A DNA stretch of 64,000 nucleotides from Octopus vulgaris (taxonomy: Eukaryota). The DNA lies in contig OX597815.1 of assembly GCA_951406725.2 (NCBI GenBank), positions 47,306,001 through 47,370,000 on the forward strand, given 5' to 3'. The notes below the pieces were generated by a model. It made no database searches, was not told the DNA's origin, and was given only the letters and a program-made list of their open reading frames with translations. The position numbers and the translations under genes were made by a program. Shown in pieces: positions 26,084 to 41,075 of this stretch (position 1 is its first letter; each line of letters opens with the position of its first letter).

Positions 26084-26666
26084 ATATATATATATAAATA
26101 TATACACACATATATATATGTATATATATATATATATATGTATATAGATGTATATATATATAGATATATATGTGTGTGTGTGTGTGTTACATAGTTGTAT
26201 GCACTCACACACAAATACACAGAAAAAGTATATATAAATAAGCACATACACACATACATAATGAACTAAAGAAACCATAAAGTACGAATGCGTATCAAAT
26301 GATACATTTTATTCCCTTTCCACGATTTAATAATACACACTCACACACACATATATGTATATATATGTGTGTATATATGCTTTTATACACACATACATAC
26401 CTATATATATTTATATATACATAGATTAATGTATGCTTGTGTGTGTGTCTGTCCAAGTATTTATGTATACATTCAAATAATTCCTTCCTCCTGGTCACAG
26501 CATCTTAAATTCCACTTAGAAGTATTTTAAGTTTAATGCAACTCTATAATGCTTTGTTTCTCTTTCTTTCTCTTCACATTTTCATTCGTTTATTTTCATA
26601 TTTTAGTTTTCAATCGTTGATATGGTTTATATAACCTGAACAGATACCTACATATATCTACATACA

Positions 26667-26716
<50 letters not shown>

Positions 26717-26754
26717 CAGTGAACATTTTCGAATTTAAATATTTGAGTGTGTGT

Positions 26755-26975
26755 AAGGCGGTGAGCTCGCAGAATCACTATAACACCGGGCTAAATGCTT
26801 AGAGACATTTAGTCCGTCTTTTCGTTCTGAGTTCATATTCCGTCGAGGTTGACTTCGCCTTTTATCCTTTCGAAGTCGATAATGTAAGTGCCAGTTGATT
26901 ACTGGAGTCGATGTAAATGACTTCTGCCCTTCCCCAAGAATGCTGGCCTTGTACCAAAAGTTTGAGACCAAGATA
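26755..26975 (+). mobile_element. Meta/MESC-type SINE
   Basis: AAGGCGGTGAGCTCGCAGAATC head and GTTCTGAGTTCA...GACTTCGCCTTTTATCCTTTCG domain. Confidence 0.8.
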
Positions 26976-27066
26976 TAAGTGTTTGTGAATCGAGAAATCG
27001 CATGCGTATGTGTGCTTATACCCATGAAAGTAAAACCACAATCATGAATGCAAATACACAGATGTA

Positions 27067-27280
27067 CGAGAGATGCTGAAAAGTTCCGGTTTAGGGTAAA
27101 AGAAAACACAAGAGGATCAGTTGAACTATTTTGCCAACAAATTCTCCCCTCAGATTTTTGCACCCTTATTGCAGCGGTCCTTCAGTTTTTCCAAGTTTTG
27201 TAATAGAACTCTGAAGATTGGTCCACCAAGCACGCCTTCCGTGATACCCTAAGAGCCAGCATCTTTTCAGCACCCCTTCG
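27067..27280. mobile_element. Mariner-derived MITE
   Basis: TA|CGAGAGATGCTGAAAAGTTCCGG...CCAGCATCTTTTCAGCACCCCTTCG|TA imperfect TIRs, no coding capacity. Confidence 0.8.
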
Positions 27281-27845
27281 TATGTGTATGTGAGTATGTA
27301 TATGTGTGTGTATTGCATGTGCATATATATGTAAATACACTTACATACATGCGTACACAGATACACGTATATAACAGGGGATAAACAGCGATAATTCAAT
27401 TAAGGTATACGATACGTAAAATATTCAATATCGGCTTCGACCATGAGTATTCCGTTGTTGGAATACTCGTCGGAATACTGCTTATTCCAAGGATACGTCT
27501 GATCTTAACATAATTCTCAGGCAAAATTAGCGTGACACTGTATAGCCAGTTACGCTAATCCTTGCGCGCGCACACACACACATAAATACAAGGGTATTCA
27601 TAAATTATCTTTACAATTTCTACAAGCATCGCTAGATGTACTCTATTCAACCAATGGAGCCCACGTGGAAGTGTTCTAATGCGTGTGTGAGTGTGTGTGT
27701 GTGTATGTGTGTGTGTGCGTTAGTGATTCGGCAAAAGTGGTCGATAAAATATGTACTGGAGACATTCTTTCGACTATAATTCTTCAAGGAATTACCTTAG
27801 TATGGCCCCAGTCGAAAGACTAAAAGGAAAGATAAAAGATACTTT

Positions 27846-27918
<73 letters not shown>

Positions 27919-28101
27919 CGAGAGCGAGAGAGAGAGTGAAAGAGAAAGAAAGCAAGAGAGAAAGAGAGAGAGAAAATGAATTCTTCCCCGTGCACTGAAA
28001 TGGTTGATGCCAGCAGAGTCTTAAAATACACTTCAAACATGCAAGTTTTATAATTTATTAATGTTTGGTTTGTTTCTCTCTGTATTATATATGTGTGTGT
28101 G

Positions 28102-28178
<77 letters not shown>

Positions 28179-28244
28179 AGCGCGCTAATCTGTGCGTCTC
28201 TATTAATGTATGTTTGTGTTTTCGTGTGTTACAGTTAGTGTTTT

Positions 28245-28291
<47 letters not shown>

Positions 28292-28668
28292 GAGAGAGAG
28301 AGAGTATTTGATCGTGTTCTGTGTTACTGGATAACACAGGTTTTATTCTGACTAGTCAGTCCTCAAAATCTTCTGATTATCAAAACTAGATGCACTCTAA
28401 TCAAGAATAATGAGTAAATCCTCTTGAGTAAATTAGAAAGCGAAACGTAATATATCGCTATAGATAACAGATGCCTTAATATACAAATGATGGAATGGTC
28501 ACGACATGATGCGGTGCTTGATCAGAGATGACCCTGAGGTTAAACACTACCAGCAACTACAGGAGAACATACTACTGCACGTTTAGCTTCATAATATGTC
28601 GTCGTCGTCAGCTTTATCTCCTACCCGAAAATTTAGTTTCTTCTTTGTTGAACATTTCCTTTATGCAG

Positions 28669-28750
28669 ATGGCGTTGATGACTCAGTTGACCAATTCTTG
28701 CATAGAAGAGCTGAAGTCAATGACAGCATGGTAGTGTTGGTGGAGAACAG
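28669..28750 (+). CDS. Candidate internal exon (xGVDDSVDQFLHRRAEVNDSMVVLVENx)
   Basis: Polypyrimidine acceptor TTTCCTTTATGCAG|, 82 nt with a single open frame (phase 1 in, phase 2 out), donor CAG|GTATGT. Confidence 0.5.
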
Positions 28751-28820
28751 GTATGTTTTTTTGAGCCTTTCCCTCCTTTCGTTTGCTTTCTTCCTTTTCT
28801 CCTCTGGTGATTTCGAGGTT

Positions 28821-30009
28821 TTTGTATACGGCGGTCAGATATGATTTGAAGGAGATTTAGCAACTATTTATAGCAAATCGAGAGACTATCTAGATGGCCT
28901 ACCTCGTTGATTCACGTATCGTATGTATTTTTGTTATCGCTATTGTCACTATTTTTAAGTCCTAAAATGTCGATGAGCGAAGTGACCACTCTTTCTTCAT
29001 ATTTATGAAGTGATGGAACACCGCCACTTGGCACGGTCTGATGCTCGCTCCTTGTCGCGGCGGAGGGACTTGCGTGGGCCAATGACTCTGAGGGCGATGC
29101 CGTCGGAAGTTCTAAACTCCCGTTCTAAACTTGGCGGAAAGATCGAAGATGATGACACAGACTGAGCGAGACCCACAAGGCCCGAACAGTGTAACAAGCG
29201 GATGATACCTGCAACAAATCTTATAATACGATAGGAAAACAAAACAGCATGGAAAATCCAGTGTCAACAACATATTCAATGTCAAGCTAATACGGGGCAA
29301 TGACGAAACCACGTACTGGTTTCTCACTATACTAGAAATAGCAGCTAAATTTTCTTCCAGAGACTCTAGCTTTTTTTAGGAACAACACATGTAATAATAC
29401 AGTCCCTGATATAAAAATAGAAGGAATGACTGTGACAAGAGTTCCTTTGATCATAGATCTGCCTAATCAAAGTTAACTTTTATTTCAACAACAACAACAA
29501 AAATATCAAAACATACAATACACAACTAAATATGGCGCCTCGGCGTAGCTGCTCGACATTTTTGAAATATCTCTCTGACTAAGACATACCGCCATTAAAG
29601 AAATATAGGATAAGGTAGTGTTGATTGTATAAGAAAAGTTTCTCTGGTTGGAGCTTGGTGAATTTTCATTAAAAGTGTGCTCCATTTAAACTAATTTCTG
29701 CTAAAATAATAACGTATGCTAGATAAAAGGCGAATAGAGAGCTTTTACCATGCTTTCTATTTACAAGAAACTACAGCTAAATCTACCCCATAAAATCTTA
29801 AAAAGGAAGGATACACTGAATAAATAAATATGAAGAAAGTGCGGTCACTTCGTTCATCGATAACCTAGGACTTAAAGATAGTAACAATAGCGATAACAAA
29901 AATACATACGAAACGCGAATCAACGAGGCAGGCCATCTAGATAGTCTCTCGATCTGCTATAAATAGTAGTTAAATCTCCTTCAAATCATATCTGACGGCT
30001 GTATACAAA
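28821..30009. repeat. Inverted repeat, arms about 185 bp (28821-29006 and 29824-30009), spacer about 820 bp
   Basis: TTTGTATACGGCGGTCAGATATGATTTGAAGGAGA... mirrored by ...TCTCCTTCAAATCATATCTGACGGCTGTATACAAA, with scattered mismatches. Confidence 0.9.
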
Positions 30010-30176
30010 TAAAATGCGCACAGGATAGTATAATTAGCGATATACTATGAGTGAAAACGAATATCAGGATGGGCATGGCTGGAAAGTTTTTAAACATAAG
30101 TCTAATGAATCGAAGATCTACGACAGTTTTGACCCTCACAATGCAAATGTTATAAACTTATTTCATTAACTTAATA

Positions 30177-30699
<523 letters not shown>

Positions 30700-31518
30700 C
30701 AAAGTTACAATGCACTTTCAGATTATTATTGTTGTAGTTTAGCTCGAGGTAAATCTTGACTGAGTAAAATTACAAACCAAGATGTTCTGTACTTGAATGA
30801 CCAATCAGTATTTTTCTATACCTTGTACTCGCTAAGGCAGGCATAACTGAGGGGTCAAGAAATGTCCTTCGTGACCATGAGCAGCACTACAGTTGATCTC
30901 ACTGCAGGATATCTGGAACAAGTGCATGCGTCTACAATAGTATCGGATTACTGATAATCTCGTAAGTGAATTTGGAAGATTGGATAATATATAATCTCAT
31001 CTTCAAATGTCTGACATTGATACACTTGTGTCATGTTGACCAAACAGTTGATCGAACAAGAGAAAAACCCTACTACAAATTTCACATAAAAATCGGCCTT
31101 ATCGAGTACTGTATTGTCCTATGAGAACGATTAATACTTTAAATGGTATTATGATGTGTAATGGAATTTGGTTGCTATTTCTAAGTGGTCAGACAACTGG
31201 ATAATGGGCTCATCACTTTAGTTTCAAGGTATGCAATTATTAAACGAACAATGAAATATAACGGATTTCCTGTAAAATACGCCAGAGTTTAACGTATATA
31301 AACGTATATATATAGCCCTGTATGCTATGCAACTGCTATAAGAAGTAATACAACGTATTACTTAACGGAATATCATATATTTAGTAATTATAAAACTTAC
31401 TGAAATGTATGTCGTTTTACTGCATGACATTATACATACTTACAAATGCACACACAGACACGCATACACACACACACAAAATCACACACACATCACACAC
31501 ACATACATACACACACAT

Positions 31519-31567
<49 letters not shown>

Positions 31568-31658
31568 CCTATAAATAAATATATATATACGTATATGTAT
31601 ACAAATGTATGCATGTATCCCATATATACATAAATCTATCTATCTATCTATCTATCTA

Positions 31659-31707
<49 letters not shown>

Positions 31708-32377
31708 TTAATAGAATGTATTATATATATGTATAATGTTATATATATATATATACATATATATATTATGTGAAAATATATAAAATTATACATATAAATA
31801 TATACACAAATATATTTATATAGATATTTAAATGTGTATATATATAAATTCATATATAAAATTATGCATATATATATATATATATATGGAAAAAGTAGTG
31901 ACGGTACAGAGCAATAATAATTCAACATACTGCAATTCGTAACATCCAAAAGTAAGTACATTAAGAATACATAATATTTTTCTATAGTTAATGTAATTCT
32001 ATCAAAACCAACATTCTTTAAAATAGCCAACTTTAATGAAATGATAGAAACAATATATAATATAAAAACAAAACTTATACAACGTACGTATATTGCATGA
32101 CTGAATATCATGATTATATTCAGGTGAAGGGATCCAATAATGTCGAAAGAATGAAATGAGGGGAGCAGGGGGGAAGTGGGGAGAGGTGGTTTGAAAATCG
32201 TATATAGAATCTTCGAATTACAGAAAAGGAATTATGATGCACAAAAGAAATAAAATATAACTTTTCAAACTGTAAAATATGAATGGTATTTGTAGCAAAA
32301 AAAAAGGAAAAATCAAAAAATTAAAAATAAACTCATTCATATAGACTTACAAATGCACCCGCACATACAAATATGAG

Positions 32378-32492
<115 letters not shown>

Positions 32493-32720
32493 ATTATGCC
32501 ATAGACATACAGAAATATGAAAACAGGACTAATGTTTGCATGCATATACACACATGCACGTGTACAAGTTCATACACACACCTATTCATATGTATACATA
32601 TTTATATATATATATTTTATATATATATATATATATACATACATACATATATATATACACACAAATATATATACATATATATAAATTCATACATATATAT
32701 ATATATGTATATATATATAT

Positions 32721-32753
<33 letters not shown>

Positions 32754-33039
32754 TCACACATGCGTACATACATATAGGTATGTACATATATTTAGACGTA
32801 TTAGATGTATATTGAGAGCTAGATAGGTTGTTTCTCGACATGTCACATCACTTCTCTTTATAGTGTGGAATCAATTTTTCAGGCAACAACAGAAAGTACA
32901 TTTTAATAGAAAGGTAAACTAACAGTACACAAATAATACTTTTCCCAGCAAATATTTTTCCAGTGAGCAATACGAAATAATGATACATATACATATATAT
33001 ATACATACCTACAAACATACACACACAAACACACACACA

Positions 33040-33092
<53 letters not shown>

Positions 33093-33682
33093 AACCAAGA
33101 TATATTTATCTAAACTTCATTTAACTTTATAGGAAAAGAAATTTTTAAATCGTTATCCTGTATTATTAAGACAAGATTGTCTAAAACAAGCTTCGTTGTA
33201 TCCTGTCAGAGTTATCGATGCTGCCCAGAGTTTTGATAAGTTATCCATTAACTTTTTGAGCTTTTTTCACATCTGTAATCCTTTATTGAAGACACCTCAT
33301 CACATACGTATTAAATTTATATCAGAAATAGAACTTAGGACATAATTTCTTGCTTTCGTTGTTTCTCTCTATTTATTTTATGCACACGCGCTCGCACATA
33401 CCTATACATAACTGTAAATATATGTGTGGTTGTTACATCCGTAATCAACGTGTGTGCATTGTGCTTTCGATATTATGTGAATATATACTCACACACACGT
33501 ATATATGTGTGTGTATGTGCATGTATGTGCTTATATATATATGAAGCTAAGAAAATCAAGAACGTTTGTACATGAAAAAATTAATTCTATATGAATTCTA
33601 TGAACTTATCCAACTGGAGAAAACATGTAAAGGAAGTTAAGACAATAAAACGAAGTTTCCGCATAGTTTTCCTTTCGATATA

Positions 33683-33958
33683 GGCGCAGGAGTGACCGTG
33701 TGGTAAGAGGCTTGCCTCCCAACAATATAGTTTCGGGCTTGGTCCCACTACCTAGCACTTTGGGCACGTTTGTACCCCCACTACCGCTTGACAATGCTAG
33801 TGTATTTACGTTTCCGTAAATTAGCGGTTCGACAAAAGAGGCCGATAGAATAAATACTAGGCTTACAAAGAATAAGTCCAAGGGTCGATTTGCTCGACTA
33901 AAGGCGATGCTCTAGTATGGCCGCAGTCAGATGACTGAAACAAATAAAGGAGAATAGA
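33683..33958 (+). mobile_element. CORE-type SINE (internal deletion)
   Basis: GGCGCAGGAGTGACCGTGTGGTAAG head and standard tail. Confidence 0.85.
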
Positions 33959-34189
33959 AGAAAAAAGTATAATACAGGAATCCTCATGGTGTTCTAAATA
34001 CCTGGAACTGGTTATTTGCGGTAAAATATAATTTTAAGTTGAACTACATAACCATATATATGGGTAGCACTGGACAAATATGGTATTTTACACCTTTTAC
34101 CCTAAGAGAGAATCTTTTCTCCACGGTAACTGCAATGAATTTTCCATTAGAAGCTGAAATATGCCACAAATCTTTTAAGTAACCTAAAA

Positions 34190-34642
34190 TGGTATGTATG
34201 TAGTATATATAAACACATCTACATACTCATACACATTTCGTTTGATAAAAATTCTAAGTATCTGACTCATGGTGATTTTATGCATAAGAAATTAGTAATT
34301 GTCGATGAATTCATGTATTTATGTTTCGTTTCTCTGTTTGTTTTTTTCGTTGTTCGAACAAAATTCGTGTCTATGTTTTTGTTTTCATGTTTTCATTTCT
34401 CATTGTGTTCAACGTTTTTTTTTTATGTCCTGTACCCATATATACGTGTATATATACATATATATGTAGGTATGAACATATATGTATGTATATATGCATA
34501 TATTTATATATTATTTATATTATTATTATATATATATATATTCATGTATATATATATATACACACATATATATGTTTGTGCATGTGTTTATGTATGTATA
34601 TGTATATGTTTGTATTGTACATACATATACACAAACATATAA

Positions 34643-34688
<46 letters not shown>

Positions 34689-34839
34689 ATGTATATATGT
34701 ATGTATATATATATATATATATATATGTATGAGCAGGCATTTATAAATATATAAATACATATACATTTATAATGTATATGTGTGTCTTAACGCATGTCCG
34801 TCTGTGTCTTTTCATCTTTAATTAAATCTGCACGAACTT
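34190..34839 (+). repeat. Approx. 650-bp duplicated block, copy 1 (copy 2 at 39300-39949)
   Basis: TGGTATGTATGTAGTATATATAAACACATC...AAATCTGCACGAACTT near-identical at both sites; contains a decayed permuted HHR-like motif (34265-34318). Confidence 0.92.
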
Positions 34840-34870
34840 ATGCCTATATGTTGCTTGGCGCTGATAATGC

Positions 34871-34932
<62 letters not shown>

Positions 34933-35370
34933 TTTGTGTGAATACACATTCATGCATACATCCATATATGTAACTAGTAACTATATACATATCTAAATAC
35001 AATCCTATATATGATAGGCCCTCCTATTTTATTCGATGTGTGAACCTCCGATTGCTCCATTATTGGGACATCTACCTCATTAAATCACTGAGTATTCCAC
35101 AGTCGCTGGTATTCTTAATGTTATTCTCAATAGAATCAACCCTTTCAGCCGGCTTTGACACAGTTTCTGTTTGTTTAACTTTACTTACAAGTCTTAGGCT
35201 GTCCAGAGAAGGTTGTAGAAGATGCAATGACTGAAGACGCTGCACAATAGGATCGAGACAGTATGGGTGCAATGTGACATAGTTATTCGCTTAACTATGC
35301 TTGTGTTTCCCGTCATATGTGCATACACACACACATATGCACACACGCACACACATACATGTATATATAG

Positions 35371-35454
35371 ATTTAAACTGAAGAAGATGCTACGCAAGTG
35401 ATTGATAAATTGTTTTACTTTCTTGAATAATGGTCTGAAATATGTGTATTAAAT
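35371..35454 (+). ncRNA. Type I hammerhead-like motif with extended stem II (partly decayed)
   Basis: AUUUAA-a-CUGAAGA-AGAU-(44 nt)-GUCU-GAAA-UAUGUG-UA-UUAAAU; similar to the GAAACAUAUGUA motif at 37.4 kb. Confidence 0.55.
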
Positions 35455-35699
35455 TAATTCAAAGCATCAATATCGGGTCTGGATTTATTACGATATGTTA
35501 TACGACACCAAGACATAACAAGCTACCCTATCATTACTTCTTTTACACTTTTTATAACAAAGATTTGGAGTGACTTGGAGTACTGGACCGGTGTCGAAAA
35601 ATTCCCAAAGTGCATTGCTTCTAAGTATAATACTACACACACACACCTAAAACACACATACACACACACACACATACATGAACGCACACACACACACAG

Positions 35700-35742
<43 letters not shown>

Positions 35743-36409
35743 CACACACGTTCGCAGGCAGCTGAAGTAAGTAACAACCAAGTAGTTCTTTGTCAGTTTT
35801 GATTATATGCACATCAGTTCTCTGATCCACGAGTGTATTTTATCATTGAAGGAAAGTACTAGTGGGTGAGTATTCCACTAACATTTGATCTCTAATATAA
35901 TTCTGACACAGAATGAGCGTGGTACAGTATGTAATATGAATACATGTTTAGACTACAAGCAGAATCTCTCCATACAGTCTTCATAGAGCTGACGTCACCA
36001 ACAGGGGTTGAGTGAAACCGAGGTTCTATGGTACATATTTGCCCAAGATGCTATGTCAGGCAATCACTTAGAACTCGCGATCTCATATTTGTAAACTGAA
36101 CCTCATTTCCATTCCGCCATTGTAAAAAGTTAAAGATAAATTTAATTTAGTTAACCCAAAGTTGAAATTTAACTGGATGCAAATATACTCTACTTTTTTT
36201 CTTTTCGAACGCAATAAAGTGAAGAAGACTAATTCTGTTGAACAAGTCGATAGACTAAACCTGATGACCCGTATATTTGACAGCAAATTTGACTACTCTC
36301 TGTCTAGAATTATTTCGTAGGAAAATCTACCGATGTTTCCTTAAACTTGCTTTATAACAATAACCACATTTTTAATATTTAGAAACAATTATCTACATAT
36401 TTATATATC

Positions 36410-37210
<801 letters not shown>

Positions 37211-37219
37211 AGATATACA

Positions 37220-37750
37220 GGCGCAGGAGTGGCTGTGTGGTAAGTAGCTTGTTTACCAACCACATGGTTCCGGGTTCAGTCCCACTGCGTGGCACCTTGG
37301 GCAAGTGTCTTCTACTATAGCCTCGGGCCGACCAAAGCCTTGTGAGTGGATTTGGTACACGGAAACTGAAAGAAGCCCGTCGTATATATGTATATATGTA
37401 TATATTTAACAAAATAAAAACATGATGCAGAGGACTTAGCAGTACATATGTTTCGGGCCTTTATTAGACGGTTTATAACAATGCATAATTGATGTAAATA
37501 TGTGTCTATAGCCTTCTTCAGCCGCGTACAATTACTTCTTCAAGGACATAAGTTTTACGTTGGGGTTGCAAATCCTCATAGTCGCGTACGACAGAGCGAG
37601 GCACCAGAACAAAATCAAAGCGTCCATCTCGTTTCTCACTCGATATATGGTATATACAGGATATCTGGTATATACAGGATATCACCTACACCACTAAATG
37701 GTATATACAGGTGCTTACAATTATCAAGTATCCACCCTGAATTTATATAA

Positions 37751-37782
<32 letters not shown>

Positions 37783-38010
37783 TATATGCGTCTGTGTGTT
37801 TGTGTGTCTGTGTTTGTCCCCCGAACATCGCTTGACAACCGATGCTGGTGTGTTTATGTCCCCATAACGTAGCGATTCGGCAAAAGAGACCGATAGAATA
37901 AGTACTGGGCTTACAAAAAAGAATAAGTCCCGGGGTCGAGTTGCTCGATTAAAGGCGGTGCTCCAGCATGGCCGCAGTCAAATGACTGAAACAAGTAAAA
38001 GAGTAAAGAG
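37220..38010 (+). mobile_element. CORE-type SINE split by an approx. 350-bp HHR-bearing insertion in its internal microsatellite
   Basis: 5' half 37220-37385, 3' half 37790-38010; foreign sequence 37405-37750 between TA-rich tracts. Confidence 0.85.
37439..37525 (-). ncRNA. Type I hammerhead ribozyme with extended stem II
   Basis: Minus strand: GCGG-CUGAAGA-AGGCUAUAGAC...GUCUAAUAAAGGCCC-GAAA-CAUAUG-UA-CUGC; palindromic ACAUAUGU stem III, GUA triplet. Confidence 0.72.
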
Positions 38011-38093
38011 TATACGTATAAATATTTATATGTGCGTGCGTGCGTGTGAGTATATATGCATACAAATGCACATAAATATGTGTGTATGTATGC

Positions 38094-38145
<52 letters not shown>

Positions 38146-38881
38146 ACACCACATACAAACATACATACGTACATATATACATACATTCATATATACACAT
38201 ACACACACATATATATATATATATATATACACATTTATATGTGCGTGTGCGTATATGCATTTGTGTTTTGCTGTGTGACTACCTAAGCATATCAGTCAGT
38301 CTATGTAACCATTTATTCACTGGCAGCGTCTAATTTCATATACTTATGTCGGAGTTCATTTACGTATATTAAGTATGTGTCAGCGTTCTAAGTTAGTTGT
38401 GTCAGCCTCCCTGACCAGGCATTCGCGTGTCTCTGTCTCAAGTAATACAATAATGCAAATGGAGGTTATTGTTGAAGGTCAAACAGAAAAAGCCTTTTAC
38501 CTTGCTCGACAAACGATACAGAGGACTGGACCTGCCCTGAAGCGCTCTTCTTTCAAGAGTGATTAATATTATATAGTTTTACATAGGGAAGAATGCCAGC
38601 ACTATCCAATTTATAGTAATTACGCAAGTCCTTAGGGAATCCATTTGCTGTCTATCATGATCATCTGCCGTTGTTGTGGTTCTCTTAGATACGTTCCTTA
38701 ACATACACAATAGCCTTGAAGAGAATTCTCCTTACATTCATTCAGGGAATGCTGATGTTGTTTAAGTGCTAATTTCGCCTTGTTTTTAGTGCATTTGCTC
38801 AGCTTTCATATTTCATAACATACTTGTACTCATAGATCCATACACACGCTCACTCACACACCAGCATATGTATATAAGTAT

Positions 38882-38934
<53 letters not shown>

Positions 38935-38993
38935 TATATAATATATATATATTATATTATATTATATAATATATATATATATATATATATGTA

Positions 38994-39284
38994 GGCGCAG
39001 GAGTGGCGATGTGGTAGGAAAGCTTGCTTACCAACCACATGGCTTCGGGTTCAGTCCCACTGTGTGTGTATGTGTTTGTGCATATGTCTTTGTGTGCCTG
39101 TGTTTGTCCCCCTCACATCGCTTGACAACCGATGGTGGTGTGTTTACGTTCCTGTAACTTAGCGGTTCGGCAAAAGAAACGATAGGCTTACAAAGAATAA
39201 GTTCTGGGGGCGATTTGCTCGACTAAAGGCGATGCTCTAGCATGGCCACAGTCAAATGACTGAAGCAAATAAGAGAATAAAAGA
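38994..39284 (+). mobile_element. CORE-type SINE (internal deletion)
   Basis: Head GGCGCAGGAGTGG and standard tail. Confidence 0.85.
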
Positions 39285-39299
39285 ATATATATATAAGTA

Positions 39300-39949
39300 T
39301 GGTATGTATGTAGTATATATAAACACATCTACATACTCATACACATTTCGTTTGATAAAAATTCTATATAACAGTATCTGACTCATGGTGATTTTATGCA
39401 TAAGAAATTAGTAATTGTCGATGAATTCATGCATTTATGTTTCGTTTCTCTGTTTGTTTTTTTCGTTGTTCGAACAAAATTCGTGTCTATGTTTTTGTTT
39501 TCATGTTTTCATTTCTCATTGTGTTCAACGTTTTTTTTTTATGTCCTGTACCCATATATACGTGTATATATACATATATATGTAGGTATGAACATATATG
39601 TATGTATATATGCATATATTTATATATTATTTATTTATATTATTATTATATATATATATATTCATGTATATATATGTATACACACATATATATGTCTGTG
39701 CATGTGTTTATGTATGTATATGTATATGTTTGTATTGTACATACATATACACAAACATATAAATGTATATATATATATATATGTGTGTGTGTGTATGTAT
39801 ATATGTATGTATATATGTATATATATATATATATATATATGAGCAGGCATTTATAAATATATAAATACATATACATTTATAATGTATATGTGTGTCTTAA
39901 CGCATGTCCGTCTGTGTCTTTTCATCTTTAATTAAATCTGCACGAACTT
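39300..39949 (+). repeat. Approx. 650-bp duplicated block, copy 2
   Basis: See 34190-34839; decayed permuted motif at 39381-39434. Confidence 0.92.
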
Positions 39950-40411
39950 CTTTAAATATGACTTAAAAGTGAGTATCAGAGAGGCGATAAACGTTCCTCA
40001 CATCAGCAATGAATACAAACGAATCTTGAGTATATAAAGAACTAAAACCTTCAGTTTTGCCAAAAGCTTGGTGCCGGAAGAGAGCGTGCGTTCGGATATG
40101 AAGATAGTCACGGTTTTCAACCACCGACTTACACTTGAGTTGTATTACTTCTTTGAGGATCGTTATCAAAACTACGTGAGATTGCACGCACGCGCACATA
40201 CACACACTTTTATTTTCTCTCCCTTTCTGTCACTCTCTCTTTCTTTATTTCCGTCTCCCTACCTCCGTCTCTCATTCACTCTCTTTCTTTCATTATCTCT
40301 TTCTCGCGTGCTGTTTCTCTGTCTCTCTGTCTGTCCCTGTCTTTCTATCTTTCTCCCTCCCCGCACATGCACATATAATCGTAAACTTGAATTATTATTC
40401 TATTCTATATA

Positions 40412-40574
40412 GGCGCAGGAGTGCCTGTGTGGTAAGTAGCTTGCTTACCAGCCACATGGTTCCGGGTTCAGTCCCACTGCGTGGTACCTTGGGCAAGTGT
40501 CTTCTACTATAGCCTCGGGCCGACCAAAGCCTTGTGAGTGGATATGGTAGACAGAGACTGAAAGAAGCTCGTCG

Positions 40575-40632
<58 letters not shown>

Positions 40633-40865
40633 GATATGTGTGTGTGTATATGTTTGTGTGTCTGTGTTTGTCCCCCCCAACATCGCTTGACAGCCAATGC
40701 TGGTGTTCTTACGTCCCCTTAACTTAGCGGTTCGGCAAAAGAGACCGTCAGAATAAGTACTAGGCTTACAAAGAATAAGTCCTGGGGTCGATTTGCTCGA
40801 CTAAAGGCGGTGCTCCAGCATGGCCACAGTCAAATGACTGACACAAGTAAAAGAGAGAGTAAAGA
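40412..40865 (+). mobile_element. Full-length CORE-type tRNA SINE (octopus OR-like) with internal (TA)n(TG)n
   Basis: tRNA-like head with GGTTCAGTCC B box, CORE-like CCTTGGGCAAGTG, LINE-like 3' tail ending AAGTAAAAGAG. Confidence 0.92.
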
Positions 40866-41075
40866 TTACCTATCGAAAGTGTAGAGTATACATATTTTGG
40901 ACATAGTAAGGGAAACACCATTTTTGATTTAACTGTTTATTTTATGGACAGTAAAACAAATTAAAAACTGTCCTAGTCTTTATATTTGTGTTCATATGCA
41001 TTACGTATTACTGGTACTACGTCATTTTGTCCTCTGTGCTTTCTTTTAAAAAAAAATATATTAAGATATTTTATA

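Noticed and set aside
29003-29242. GC-richer ORF with an apparent minus-strand acceptor
   Set aside because: ASDRAKWR and CCCTCCGCCGCGACAAGG resemble RTE-type LINE remnants; no donor or host-domain evidence.
32085-32140. Hairpin CTGAATAT...ATATTCAG as a decayed HHR
   Set aside because: Core lacks both CUGANGA and GAAA; explainable by chance in AT-rich DNA.
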